Shown here: positions 1-9,595 of the stretch, piece by piece
How positions within the stretch are numbered: position 1 is the first letter of the stretch
Layout: every line of letters begins with the position of its first letter
DNA from: Halarcobacter sp.
Lineage (GTDB): Bacteria; Campylobacterota; Campylobacteria; Campylobacterales; Arcobacteraceae
Assembly (NCBI GenBank): GCA_048571215.1
Contig: CP182352.1
Span: 2,400,001 to 2,464,000 of the forward strand
Length of the DNA: 64,000 nucleotides
Direction: 5' to 3'
Made by a program: the position numbers and the translations under genes
Notes under the pieces: model-generated
The model's database searches: none
The model's input: only the letters and a program-made list of their open reading frames with translations
Told to the model about the DNA's origin: nothing

Positions 1-1574
1 ACACTTTTATAACTGTCCAAGAGACTATTTGTTATGTTTTGCCAAAAAAGATTTTTATTAAAACTTTGCATAAAAATCCCCATATGGAAAAATACTTTTT
101 CCAATCTATTTCACAAAAACTAAATGCAAATATAAATAATGAAAAAAATAAAGAATTAGCAAACCTAATGGTAGCAAAAGTAAAAGATGCAAGAGTTCAT
201 AGAGCGGTAATAGTACCATATGAAACCTCAATTTTTGAAGCAGTTAAAACAATCAAAAAAGAGAAGGTTCCAACTTTACTTTTAAGGGATAAACAAGAAA
301 AGATTCATATAGTAACCGATTCTGATTTTAGAGAAAAAGTTATCTTAAATAGAATGGATTTTGATGATATTGTTGGTAAGATCTCAAACTCAGGATTAAT
401 CTATGTAAATGAAAACGATTTCTTATTTAATGCCCAACTACTTATGGCTAAGCATGGTTTAAAAAGAATGGTAGTTAAAAATGATCAAGATGAGATTGTA
501 GGTATAATTGATCAAATCTCTTTATCTTCATTTTTTGCTACACATACCTTCTCCGTTTCAAATGAGATTGCAAAAGCGGAAACATTAGAGGAGTTAAAAG
601 CTGCATGTCAATCATTTACCAAGATAATAAAATCACTAAATGCAAAAGGTGTAAAAGTTGATTTTATCTCAAAACTAATCAATCAACTAAATAGAAAAGT
701 TATGGAAAAACTATTTAAAATCCTTGCCCCAGAAGGTTTAATAGAAAACTCATGTTTAGTTGTAATGGGAAGTGAAGGGAGAGGTGAACAAATCCTTAAA
801 ACAGATCAAGACAATGCACTAATCATTGGTGATGATTGTAACTTAAGTGATGAGTGTATAAAAGAGTTTGCTATAAAATACACTGAAACCTTAGTTGATT
901 TTGGATTTCCAAGATGTGAAGGGAATATTATGGTTAGTAATCCCTACTGGCGAAGAAGACAAAGTTCATTTAAAGATTTGATTTATGAATTAATAACAAA
1001 ACCTAGTGGTGATAACTTTATGAATTTAGCTATTTTTTATGATGCAATGTGTGCTGCTGGAAATAGAGAACTTCTAAAAGAGATTAAAGAGTATATGTTT
1101 AGTATCTGTTCAAATAGCAAAACCTTTTATATGCACTTTGCCAAAATTATTATGGATTTTGAAGTTCCATTAGGTTTTTTTGATGGCTTTGTATTTGATT
1201 CAAGTGACAAAGAGCATAAAGATGAAATAGATATAAAAAAAGGTGGTATTTTTATAATCGTACAAGGGATAAGAGCCTTATCTTTAGAAAATAGACTTTA
1301 TAGAGCTAATACTTTAAAAAGAATTGAAGAGTTAAGTGCTCTTGGTAAACTTGAAGAAGAGTTTGCTTCAGAATTAACTGAGGCTTTTAATTTTTTATGT
1401 ACTTTAAAACTAAAATCAAATCTTTCAAAACTTGATTCAGCACAAAAAGTTGATAATTATATAAATCCTGACAATTTAAATACAATGGAAAAGGATTTAT
1501 TAAAAGATAGTTTTAAAATTGTTAATAAACTAAAGAAAAAACTAGAATATCATTATAAGTTGAATTATGTTTAA
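1..1574 (+). CDS. CBS-domain / DUF294 putative nucleotidyltransferase, 5' end truncated by window edge
   Basis: Frame is open from position 3 (TFITVQETICYVLPKK...), so the start lies upstream; CBS pair followed by MGSEGRGEQ...TDQDNAL nucleotidyltransferase motif and C-terminal DIKKGG substrate-binding region. Confidence 0.85.
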   Translation, partial: TFITVQETICYVLPKKIFIKTLHKNPHMEKYFFQSISQKLNANINNEKNKELANLMVAKVKDARVHRAVIVPYETSIFEAVKTIKKEKVPTLLLRDKQEKIHIVTDSDFREKVILNRMDFDDIVGKISNSGLIYVNENDFLFNAQLLMAKHGLKRMVVKNDQDEIVGIIDQISLSSFFATHTFSVSNEIAKAETLEELKAACQSFTKIIKSLNAKGVKVDFISKLINQLNRKVMEKLFKILAPEGLIENSCLVVMGSEGRGEQILKTDQDNALIIGDDCNLSDECIKEFAIKYTETLVDFGFPRCEGNIMVSNPYWRRRQSSFKDLIYELITKPSGDNFMNLAIFYDAMCAAGNRELLKEIKEYMFSICSNSKTFYMHFAKIIMDFEVPLGFFDGFVFDSSDKEHKDEIDIKKGGIFIIVQGIRALSLENRLYRANTLKRIEELSALGKLEEEFASELTEAFNFLCTLKLKSNLSKLDSAQKVDNYINPDNLNTMEKDLLKDSFKIVNKLKKKLEYHYKLNYV

Positions 1575-2187
1575 AAATATAAAAAACTATTTTAATAAAA
1601 AAAATCTAAAAGACGATAAATATCTTTATCTATTTGATGAAGCACCAAAAGATGAATATGTCTGCTTTGATTGTGAAACAACTGGACTTAGTGTAATAAA
1701 AGACGAAATTATCTCTATTGGTGCAGTATTGATTAAAAACAATACAATAGTTTCAAGTAAAAAATTTGTAAAATTTATTAAACCAAAAACAAAACTTCAA
1801 GAGGAGGCTATAAAAGTTCATCATATTAGAGAGTGTGACTTAGATGAAGCAGAAGATATAGATTTAGTTATGGATGAGTTCTTAAAGTTTATAGGTAGTA
1901 GGAAACTTGTGGGGTATTATTTGGAATTTGATATTGCTATGGTAAATAAACATATTAAGTCAAAGCTTGGTATCACCCTACCTAATAGATTATATGAAGT
2001 ATCAGCTATCTATCATGATTGGAAAATAGAAAAAATTCCCCAAAGCCATATTGATTTAAGATTTGATACTATAATGAAAGATTTAGATATACCAAAACTT
2101 GGAAAACATGATGCATACAACGATGCAATCATGACCTCAATGATGTTTATAAAGCTAAAAAACCAGACAAAAGTAAAACTCAAATAA
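1567..2187 (+). CDS. DEDDh 3'-5' exonuclease (Pol III epsilon-like)
   Basis: FDCETTGL, FD and HDAYNDA motifs; overlaps upstream gene by 8 nt. Confidence 0.9.
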   Translation: MFKNIKNYFNKKNLKDDKYLYLFDEAPKDEYVCFDCETTGLSVIKDEIISIGAVLIKNNTIVSSKKFVKFIKPKTKLQEEAIKVHHIRECDLDEAEDIDLVMDEFLKFIGSRKLVGYYLEFDIAMVNKHIKSKLGITLPNRLYEVSAIYHDWKIEKIPQSHIDLRFDTIMKDLDIPKLGKHDAYNDAIMTSMMFIKLKNQTKVKLK

Positions 2188-2248
2188 GTAGCTAAACTAT
2201 TATTTTTATTACATTAGATATAATAAATCCCTTTTAGGAGGTTTAATT

Positions 2249-3439
2249 ATGTTAATATTTGTTTTAAATGCAGGTTCATCTTCACTAAAATATCAATTAA
2301 TAGATGTAACAACAGCCGAAGTTAAAGCTTCAGGTTTATGTGAAAGAATTGGTATAGATGGGGTGATGAAACATGTAATTGCAGAGCATAGAAAATTAGA
2401 AATAGACCAACCCATGCCTACTCATAAAGAAGCAATTGAGTTTGTTTTAGAGATTCTTACCCATGATGATACAAAAGTTATTTCTAATATAGATGAGATT
2501 AGTGCCATAGGACATAGAGTTGTACATGGGGGAGAATATTTCAAAAAATCAGTTTTGGTTGATGAAGATGTTATGCAAAGAATTGAAGAGTTAGTTCCCT
2601 TAGCTCCTTTACATAACCCTGCAAATATTTTAGGAATGAGAATTTGTCAAGAGATTTTATCAGGTAAACCAAATGTAGCAGTATTTGATACTGCATTTCA
2701 CCAAACTATGCCAAAAGAAAACTATCTTTATGCAGTACCCCATGAGGATTATACTGAGCATCATTTAAGAAAATATGGATTTCATGGAACAAGTCATTAT
2801 TATGTTTCAAATGAAGCTATTAAGATGTTAGAAAAAGATAAATCAAAAATTATTGTTTGCCATTTAGGAAACGGTTCATCTATTTGTGCAGTAAAAGATG
2901 GAAAATCAGTAGATACAACTATGGGTTTAACCCCATTAGAGGGTCTTATTATGGGAACAAGAAGTGGAGATATCGATGCAGGTGTTATCCCATATCTAAT
3001 GGATAAAAAAGATATGGATAGTCATCAAATAATTGATTATCTAAATAAAAAATCGGGAATTTTAGGGATATCTGGTATAAGTTCAGATTTAAGAGAGGTT
3101 ATCAAAGCCGCTGAAGATGGGGATAAAAGAGCAAGCATATGTATAGATATGCTGTGTAATAGAATCAAAAAGTATATTTGTTCATATGCTGGTGTATTAA
3201 ATGGTGTTGATGCTATTTGTTTTACTGCTGGAATTGGTGAAAATGCTGATATCATTAGACAAAAAGTTTGTTCAAAACTTGAATTTTTAGGTATAGAAAT
3301 AGATAAAATAAAAAACAAACAAAGATTATCAACGAGTAGAGAAATTCAATCAAAAAACTCTAAAGTAAAAGTTTTTGTAATCCCTACAAATGAAGAGTTT
3401 GTAATAGCAAATGATACATATACTTTAGTAAAGGGGTAA
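2249..3439 (+). CDS. ackA: Acetate kinase (copy 1)
   Basis: NAGSSSLKY, GHRVVHGG, APLHN, YGFHGTSH, HLGNG, TNEE motifs; AGGAGG SD. Confidence 0.95.
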   Translation: MLIFVLNAGSSSLKYQLIDVTTAEVKASGLCERIGIDGVMKHVIAEHRKLEIDQPMPTHKEAIEFVLEILTHDDTKVISNIDEISAIGHRVVHGGEYFKKSVLVDEDVMQRIEELVPLAPLHNPANILGMRICQEILSGKPNVAVFDTAFHQTMPKENYLYAVPHEDYTEHHLRKYGFHGTSHYYVSNEAIKMLEKDKSKIIVCHLGNGSSICAVKDGKSVDTTMGLTPLEGLIMGTRSGDIDAGVIPYLMDKKDMDSHQIIDYLNKKSGILGISGISSDLREVIKAAEDGDKRASICIDMLCNRIKKYICSYAGVLNGVDAICFTAGIGENADIIRQKVCSKLEFLGIEIDKIKNKQRLSTSREIQSKNSKVKVFVIPTNEEFVIANDTYTLVKG

Positions 3440-4441
3440 TCACCTCTTTACTTCAAAACTCTTAGGAGTTTGTTTATAATATTTTTTATAAGCTCTAAAA
3501 AATGAACTTGCTTCACTATAACCTAAAAAAAATGCAATACTAGTAAAATCCATTTTTGTATTTTTTATATAATGATTTGCCAATTGCATCCTTACACTAA
3601 GGAGTGCATCCCTAAACTTTTTATTTTCATCTTTTAGATTATATTGCAAGGTTCTTGTACTAACACTCAATTTTTTAGCAATAAACTCTATTGTAATATC
3701 ATTCTCACCTATAGTTTTTAATATCTCTTTTTTTACTTTACTATACCAAGAACTTATTTGCATATCTTCCAATATTTTATTGGCTTGTGCTTCAAAATAT
3801 TCAAGCATAGCAGGATTTGAATCACTTACATTTATATCTAATCTATCTATTTGAAAAAATATAGCATTTTCATTTTTATTTAAATAGATATTTTTACCAA
3901 ATATTGACTCATATTTTTCAAAATTATTTAAACTATCAATGGTAAAATATGTTTTATTTGGAACTATTTTATGCCCACTGATTTGAGTTAGTATGGCTAA
4001 AATAGCACTTAGGTGTACCTCTGCATGAAAACTTGGAACGGGTATCATTGGGTTTTCATTTATATAAATTGAGATTTTATAATAATCCTCACTCTTTGAT
4101 AAATGAAATTTAATAAATCCACTTATTAGTTTTTGATAATAATCAAATTTCTCTATCACTTCTTTTAGATTTTTTGCATTTAACATCAAATAACCTAAAA
4201 CTCCTAGTGAATGATAAGTGATAGAACTTCCTATTTTCAGTGCTAAGGTATAATCCCCACTTCTTTCCATACAATATACAAATATGTCAGATAACTTAGA
4301 ACTCTCAATTTGACTACTTTGACTTAATAAAACCTTTTTAGATAAATCAACTTGTTCTAACATCTCATCAATACTAATTAAACTATTCTTTTCTAATGAC
4401 TTTAATACATAATGAAAGGTGATAGAGGAAATCTTCGCCAT
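3440..4441 (-). CDS. AraC-family transcriptional regulator
   Basis: C-terminal double HTH (IAKKLSVSTRTLQ...IAFFLGYSEASSFFRAYKK); long N-terminal ligand domain. Confidence 0.9.
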   Translation of the reverse strand: MAKISSITFHYVLKSLEKNSLISIDEMLEQVDLSKKVLLSQSSQIESSKLSDIFVYCMERSGDYTLALKIGSSITYHSLGVLGYLMLNAKNLKEVIEKFDYYQKLISGFIKFHLSKSEDYYKISIYINENPMIPVPSFHAEVHLSAILAILTQISGHKIVPNKTYFTIDSLNNFEKYESIFGKNIYLNKNENAIFFQIDRLDINVSDSNPAMLEYFEAQANKILEDMQISSWYSKVKKEILKTIGENDITIEFIAKKLSVSTRTLQYNLKDENKKFRDALLSVRMQLANHYIKNTKMDFTSIAFFLGYSEASSFFRAYKKYYKQTPKSFEVKR

Positions 4442-4542
4442 AAAACTCCTATTTTTTCGTAAAATGTCAATAAACTTGCATATTATATCATAAAATAATA
4501 TACAAATAATTGTATAATTTTTATCAAATTTAGGAGAAGAAT

Positions 4543-4857
4543 ATGTCGAAATATGAAATTAAGGTAGATGAAAGTTATGTAAGTTTTAAAAACATCAATT
4601 GTTTTGAAAATGCGTGTGTGGTTATAGATAATATGTTAAGGGTTTTAGAAAACCCAAAAAACATGAATATTTACTGGAAAAAAATAATTCCGATGATTCC
4701 AAAAGCTTATTATGATAGGGATGCAAAATCTGATACAAAAGAGGAACTTTTATATCTTGTTTGTTCAAATAGTTTTTATTTAGATGAACTGTTTGAAAAA
4801 GCAGAAGATGAAGAAGCTATTCAAGCATTAAATAAATGTGAACAGGAGTGTTGTTAA
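4543..4857 (+). CDS. cowN: CowN-like protein (N2-fixation-sustaining, CO-protective family)
   Basis: 104 aa with YVSFxxIxC, NxYW, ELFExxED and terminal ExECC, the pattern I recognise from CowN; AGGAG SD. Confidence 0.75.
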   Translation: MSKYEIKVDESYVSFKNINCFENACVVIDNMLRVLENPKNMNIYWKKIIPMIPKAYYDRDAKSDTKEELLYLVCSNSFYLDELFEKAEDEEAIQALNKCEQECC

Positions 4858-4944
4858 TAAAAAAATCTACAAAATTTATACTTATGTAAAACTAATGTAC
4901 TACTTTTATACACATTTATAAAAATTGCATATATTTTTTACTCA

Positions 4945-4990
4945 AATGCTATAGTAATGCTACTTTAATGCTACGCTTAAATATTATAAT
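4945..4990 (+). promoter_or_regulatory. pta promoter: three AATGCTA direct repeats plus -10 box
   Basis: AATGCTA at 4945, 4956, 4967 (11-bp period); TATAAT at 4985-4990. Confidence 0.6.
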
Positions 4991-5019
4991 TTATTGATTT
5001 TACAATAAAGGAAGCGTGA

Positions 5020-6012
5020 ATGGGTTTAATTAAAAGTATTAAAGAAAATGCTAAAAAAGAACTAAAAACTATAGTTCTTCCAGAATCAGAAGATGAAAGA
5101 GTTCTTAAAGCTGCTCAAATGGTTCTTGAGGAAAAAACTGCAAATGTGGTTTTAATTGGTAATGAAGATACAATTAAAGCTGACGCAAGTGCATGTGGCG
5201 CTAATATAGAGGGTGCTACTATTATTGATCCAAAATCTTATGATGGTATTGATAGATACATTGATGAGTTAGTAGAGTTAAGAAGATCAAAAAATCTTTC
5301 TAAAGAAGAAGCAACAGAAATCATGACTACAGAACCTAGATTTTTTGGTTGTATGATGGTTAGACTTGGTGACGCTCATGGTCTAGTTGCAGGTTCTAAC
5401 TCTCCAACTGCTGATGTTTTAAGAGCTGCAATTCAAGTTATTAAAACAGCACCAGGAATTAAAACTGTATCTTCTGCTTTTGTAATGGAAACAGCGGATG
5501 GTAAATTTGGTGATAATGGATTATTACTATTTGCTGATTGTGCTGTATTACCAGAACCAACTGCAGAACAACTAGCTGACATAGCTGCTTCTACTGCTGC
5601 AACTGCCTCATCAGTTGTAGGTTTAGAGCCAAGAGTTGCGATGTTATCATTCTCTACAATGGGAAGTGCTTCTCACCCACTAGTTGATAAAGTACAAAAT
5701 GCTGTACAAATTCTAAAAGATAGAAATGTTGATTTTGCTTTTGATGGTGAAATGCAAGCAGATGCTGCAATTGTTGAAGCTATTGGAGCTAAAAAAGCAC
5801 CTGATTCAAAAGTAGCAGGTCGTGCAAATATTTTAGTATTCCCAGATTTACAATCTGGAAATATCGGATATAAACTAGTACAAAGATTTGCTGGAGCTGA
5901 TGCTCATGGTCCAATTGTTCAAGGTTTAGCAAAACCTGTTAATGACCTTTCAAGAGGTTGTTCAGTAGAAGATATTGCTAACTTAGTTGCAATTACAGCT
6001 ACACAATCATAA
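5020..6012 (+). CDS. pta: Phosphate acetyltransferase (short, class I)
   Basis: IVLPE, FADCA, DGEMQADAA, GNIGYK, NDLSRG motifs. Confidence 0.95.
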   Translation: MGLIKSIKENAKKELKTIVLPESEDERVLKAAQMVLEEKTANVVLIGNEDTIKADASACGANIEGATIIDPKSYDGIDRYIDELVELRRSKNLSKEEATEIMTTEPRFFGCMMVRLGDAHGLVAGSNSPTADVLRAAIQVIKTAPGIKTVSSAFVMETADGKFGDNGLLLFADCAVLPEPTAEQLADIAASTAATASSVVGLEPRVAMLSFSTMGSASHPLVDKVQNAVQILKDRNVDFAFDGEMQADAAIVEAIGAKKAPDSKVAGRANILVFPDLQSGNIGYKLVQRFAGADAHGPIVQGLAKPVNDLSRGCSVEDIANLVAITATQS

Positions 6013-6048
6013 AAACTATAAATTAAATTCAAAAAAAGGGAAAAGATA

Positions 6049-7251
6049 ATGTTAGTATTCATATTAAATGCAGGAAGTTCATCATTAAAATATCAATTAA
6101 TGAACCCAATTATAAAAAAAGTTTTCGCATCAGGAATTTGTGAGAGAATTGGAATCGATGGTGTTTTAAAACACGAATTTGGAGATGATCAAGAGATTAA
6201 AAAAGATATCCCAATGCCTACACATAAAGAAGCGATTGAAGCTGTTTTATCAACTCTAACTGCAGGTGAAGGAAAAGTTATTGACTCTATTAATGATATT
6301 GAAGCTATTGGACATAGAGCAGTTCATGGTGGAGAAGAGTTTTCTGGTTCAGTTTTAGTAACTGAAAGAGTTATAGAAACAATGAAAAGATTAATCCCAT
6401 TAGCACCTCTACATAATCCAGCAAATATCCTAGGTATGGAGATTTGTCAACAATTAATGCCAGGTAAACCAAATGTTGCTGTATTTGATACTGCATTTCA
6501 CCAAACTATGCCTGATTATGCTTATATGTATGCTTTACCATATGACCAATACTCTAAACATGGTATTAGAAAATATGGTTTCCACGGAACTTCTCACTTC
6601 TTTGTATCTAATGAAGCTAGACAAATGTTAGATAAAAAACACAATACAAGAATCATTGTATGTCACTTAGGAAATGGTTCATCTGTTTCTGCTGTATTAG
6701 ATGGTAAATGTATTGATACTTCTATGGGTCTTACACCTGTTCAAGGTCTTATGATGGGAACAAGAGCTGGTGATGTTGGTGCTGGTGCATTACAATATAT
6801 GATGAGCCAAGAAGATATGACTATCGATGATGCATTAAATGTTATGAATAAAAAATCAGGTATCTTAGGAATTTCAGGGAAATCTTCTGATTTAAGAGAA
6901 GTACTTGAAGGTATGGAAAATGGGGAAGAAAGATGTAGATTAGCAGTTGATATGGTTGCTTATAACATCAAAAAATATGTTGGATCTTATGTTGCAGCAC
7001 TTGATGGTGTTGATGCTTTATGTTTCACAGGTGGTATTGGTGAAAATGCTTCACTAATAAGAGAAAAAGTTTGTGCTGGTCTTGACTCTATGGGATTAGT
7101 ATTAGACCCTGTTAAAAACAACAAAAGAGCAAAAACTGCAAGAGATATTGCAACAAATGGTTCAGCTTCAAGAATCTTTGTTATCCCTACAAATGAAGAG
7201 TATGTGATTGCAAATGATACTTATAAAGTAGTTACATCAACTGAAAAATAA
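6049..7251 (+). CDS. ackA: Acetate kinase (copy 2)
   Basis: Same acetokinase motifs as copy 1; 36 nt downstream of pta. Confidence 0.95.
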   Translation: MLVFILNAGSSSLKYQLMNPIIKKVFASGICERIGIDGVLKHEFGDDQEIKKDIPMPTHKEAIEAVLSTLTAGEGKVIDSINDIEAIGHRAVHGGEEFSGSVLVTERVIETMKRLIPLAPLHNPANILGMEICQQLMPGKPNVAVFDTAFHQTMPDYAYMYALPYDQYSKHGIRKYGFHGTSHFFVSNEARQMLDKKHNTRIIVCHLGNGSSVSAVLDGKCIDTSMGLTPVQGLMMGTRAGDVGAGALQYMMSQEDMTIDDALNVMNKKSGILGISGKSSDLREVLEGMENGEERCRLAVDMVAYNIKKYVGSYVAALDGVDALCFTGGIGENASLIREKVCAGLDSMGLVLDPVKNNKRAKTARDIATNGSASRIFVIPTNEEYVIANDTYKVVTSTEK

Positions 7252-7271
7252 AAATTTTCATAAAAATATTT

Positions 7272-7303
7272 AAAAGGTAAGAGTTAAAACTCTTACCTTT
7301 TTT
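7272..7303 (+). terminator. Intrinsic terminator, probably bidirectional
   Basis: AAAAGGTAAGAG...CTCTTACCTTTT hairpin between convergent genes. Confidence 0.85.
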
Positions 7304-7305
7304 TA

Positions 7306-7977
7306 TTATTGGATTTTATCACAACTTAAAGTATCTGGATTATAAGAATACTCTTCTAAAAACTGTAGCCCTAAATCTTTTATATCTTTTGTAATAACCT
7401 CTTCTGTAGTAGATGAACTTGGTACATAATGTAAATATGATTTAAAAGTATTTGATGAAGAATCTGCAACATCAGTTGTTTTTGTGTATTCTAAAACTAT
7501 ATCTGCACCATTAAATGCTTCTGTTCTAGCTGATCCTAAATAATATCCCATATATGTATCATAAAAAACATAATACATATCATACTCATCACCTCTTTGG
7601 GAAGTTGCACCTAAATTTTCTATACCAACTTGTCTTGCACTAATTAATTTTTCTATGTTTTTAGCAGGATTTATATAATATGCTATTCTCCAATTATGAT
7701 CAGCAATTAAATTTGATGGAACTTTGACTATTTTTCGATAAATAGGTTTCCCCATATAAACTTTATTAGTCATAACTTCTTCTTCAGAATAAATATCTTT
7801 CCCTACGCCATTTTGCTTAACTAAACTCTCCAAATTATTAGAAAAACTATAACTTTTAATACACTCTTGGGTTTGATTCCCATCAACATCTGTTAGTACT
7901 AACTTATAATCTGCATTTAAAGAGATGCAAGCAAAAGTACTAAAAGTAACTATTCCTAAAACTTTTTTAATATTCAT
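7306..7977 (-). CDS. Hypothetical exported protein
   Basis: 223 aa, signal-peptide-like N-terminus ending SLNA; AGGAG SD. Confidence 0.75.
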   Translation of the reverse strand: MNIKKVLGIVTFSTFACISLNADYKLVLTDVDGNQTQECIKSYSFSNNLESLVKQNGVGKDIYSEEEVMTNKVYMGKPIYRKIVKVPSNLIADHNWRIAYYINPAKNIEKLISARQVGIENLGATSQRGDEYDMYYVFYDTYMGYYLGSARTEAFNGADIVLEYTKTTDVADSSSNTFKSYLHYVPSSSTTEEVITKDIKDLGLQFLEEYSYNPDTLSCDKIQ

Positions 7978-8003
7978 ATATTCTCCTTTTTTATAACCTT
8001 TTT

Positions 8004-8037
8004 ATTATAAAAAAATAACGTCACATTTCCGTCACAT
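8004..8037 (-). promoter_or_regulatory. Direct-repeat operator plus -10 box
   Basis: CGTCACAT (+ strand) at 8019 and 8030; TATAAT on minus strand at 8004-8009. Confidence 0.55.
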
Positions 8038-8080
8038 ACAAAAGAATTATGAAATATCTACTAAAAAATTTTCTAAGCTT

Positions 8081-9421
8081 TTAGACTCTAACTCTTTTTC
8101 TTTTATCAATAAAACCATCAACTTCTTTTTTAAAATCAAACTTATCTTGACTTTTTGATCTCTCATTTCTTGTATTAGGTCTATTTTTTCTACTTGTATT
8201 TCTGCTTTCACTTAAATCACTTGTTCTTGCAGGTTTTCTTCTTGAATTGTTATTAGTAGTAGATTTTTTATCAACTCTATTTAACTTAGAAACAGTAAAC
8301 CCTTCTATAGTTTTTACAGGAATATTAGCTTTTGTAAGTCTTTCTATATCTTTTAAATATTGTAACTCTTCATCACAAACTAAAGAGATAGCTTCTCCAA
8401 TATTTCCAGCTCTACCTGTTCTTCCTATTCTATGAACATAATCTTCAGGAACATTTGGTAGTTCAAAATTTATCACATGGGGAAGTAACTCAATATCAAG
8501 ACCACGTGCCGCAATATCAGTTGCCACTAAAACTCTTATCTTTTTAGCCTTAAAATCTCTTAGGGCAGTAGTTCTTGCCCCTTGTGATTTTCCACCATGA
8601 ATTGCAAGGGAAGAGATATTGCTTTTATTTAAAAACTCACATAGTTTGTTTGCTCCATGTTTTGTTCTTGTGAAAACTAAAACTTGATTCCAATTTTCTT
8701 TATGAAGCAAAGATGCTAATAGATCTCTTTTTATATCTTTTTTTACATAATGCACAACTTGCGAAACCTGCTTTGTTAAACTATTAGTTCTAGCAACTTC
8801 TACAAGTTTTGGATTACTTAAAAATGATTGTGATAACTTTTTAATTTCACTTGAAAAGGTTGCTGAAAATAAAAGTGTTTGTCTATGTTTTGGAATACAA
8901 GCAATAACTTTTTTGATATCGTGAATAAAACCCATATCAAGCATTCTATCAGCCTCATCAAGAACTAAAAAATCTACTTTTGATAAGTCTATTGTTTTTT
9001 GAGAAATATGATCTAACAATCTTCCAGGAGTTGCTATAACTATATCTACCCCTTTTCTTAGAACTGCTTTTTGAGGGTTGATTCCAACTCCACCAAAAAT
9101 AACTGCTGTTTTAAATGGAAGATATTTACTATATGATTGAATATTTTCAGCAACTTGAGAAGCTAGTTCTCTTGTTGGTGTCAAAATAAGTGCTTTGATA
9201 TGATGTTTATTATTTTTGTTGTTTTTACTACTCATTATCTCTAATAAAGGAAGTGTAAATGCAGCTGTTTTACCAGTACCAGTTTGAGCAGCTGCTAAAA
9301 TATCGCTTTTTTCTAAAACGATTGGAATAGCTTGCTTTTGAATAGGAGTAGGAGTTGTATACCCCTGCTCTTTTATTGCTTTTAAAATATTAGGATTTAA
9401 TCCTAAATGTGAAAATGACAT
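8081..9421 (-). CDS. rhlE: DEAD-box RNA helicase, RhlE-like
   Basis: Q motif, [23 protein letters not shown]; basic C-terminal tail. Confidence 0.9.
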   Translation of the reverse strand: MSFSHLGLNPNILKAIKEQGYTTPTPIQKQAIPIVLEKSDILAAAQTGTGKTAAFTLPLLEIMSSKNNKNNKHHIKALILTPTRELASQVAENIQSYSKYLPFKTAVIFGGVGINPQKAVLRKGVDIVIATPGRLLDHISQKTIDLSKVDFLVLDEADRMLDMGFIHDIKKVIACIPKHRQTLLFSATFSSEIKKLSQSFLSNPKLVEVARTNSLTKQVSQVVHYVKKDIKRDLLASLLHKENWNQVLVFTRTKHGANKLCEFLNKSNISSLAIHGGKSQGARTTALRDFKAKKIRVLVATDIAARGLDIELLPHVINFELPNVPEDYVHRIGRTGRAGNIGEAISLVCDEELQYLKDIERLTKANIPVKTIEGFTVSKLNRVDKKSTTNNNSRRKPARTSDLSESRNTSRKNRPNTRNERSKSQDKFDFKKEVDGFIDKRKRVRV

Positions 9422-9557
9422 TAATTACCTTTGAATAAATATTAGTAATTTAAAATGATATATGCTTGGTTTATTTGAAACTTTTTTAAAATTTAGATAA
9501 AAACGAAGATAACTTAGATTATTTACTATTGATTGGCGAAGTATATCATAATAAATG

Positions 9558-9590
9558 AAAAAAGGGTAAATTTTTTAAATTTACCCTTTT
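9558..9590 (-). terminator. Intrinsic terminator after sppA
   Basis: AAAAGGGTAAATTT/AAATTTACCCTTTT inverted repeat with U-run on minus strand. Confidence 0.8.
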
Positions 9591-9595
9591 ATAGA

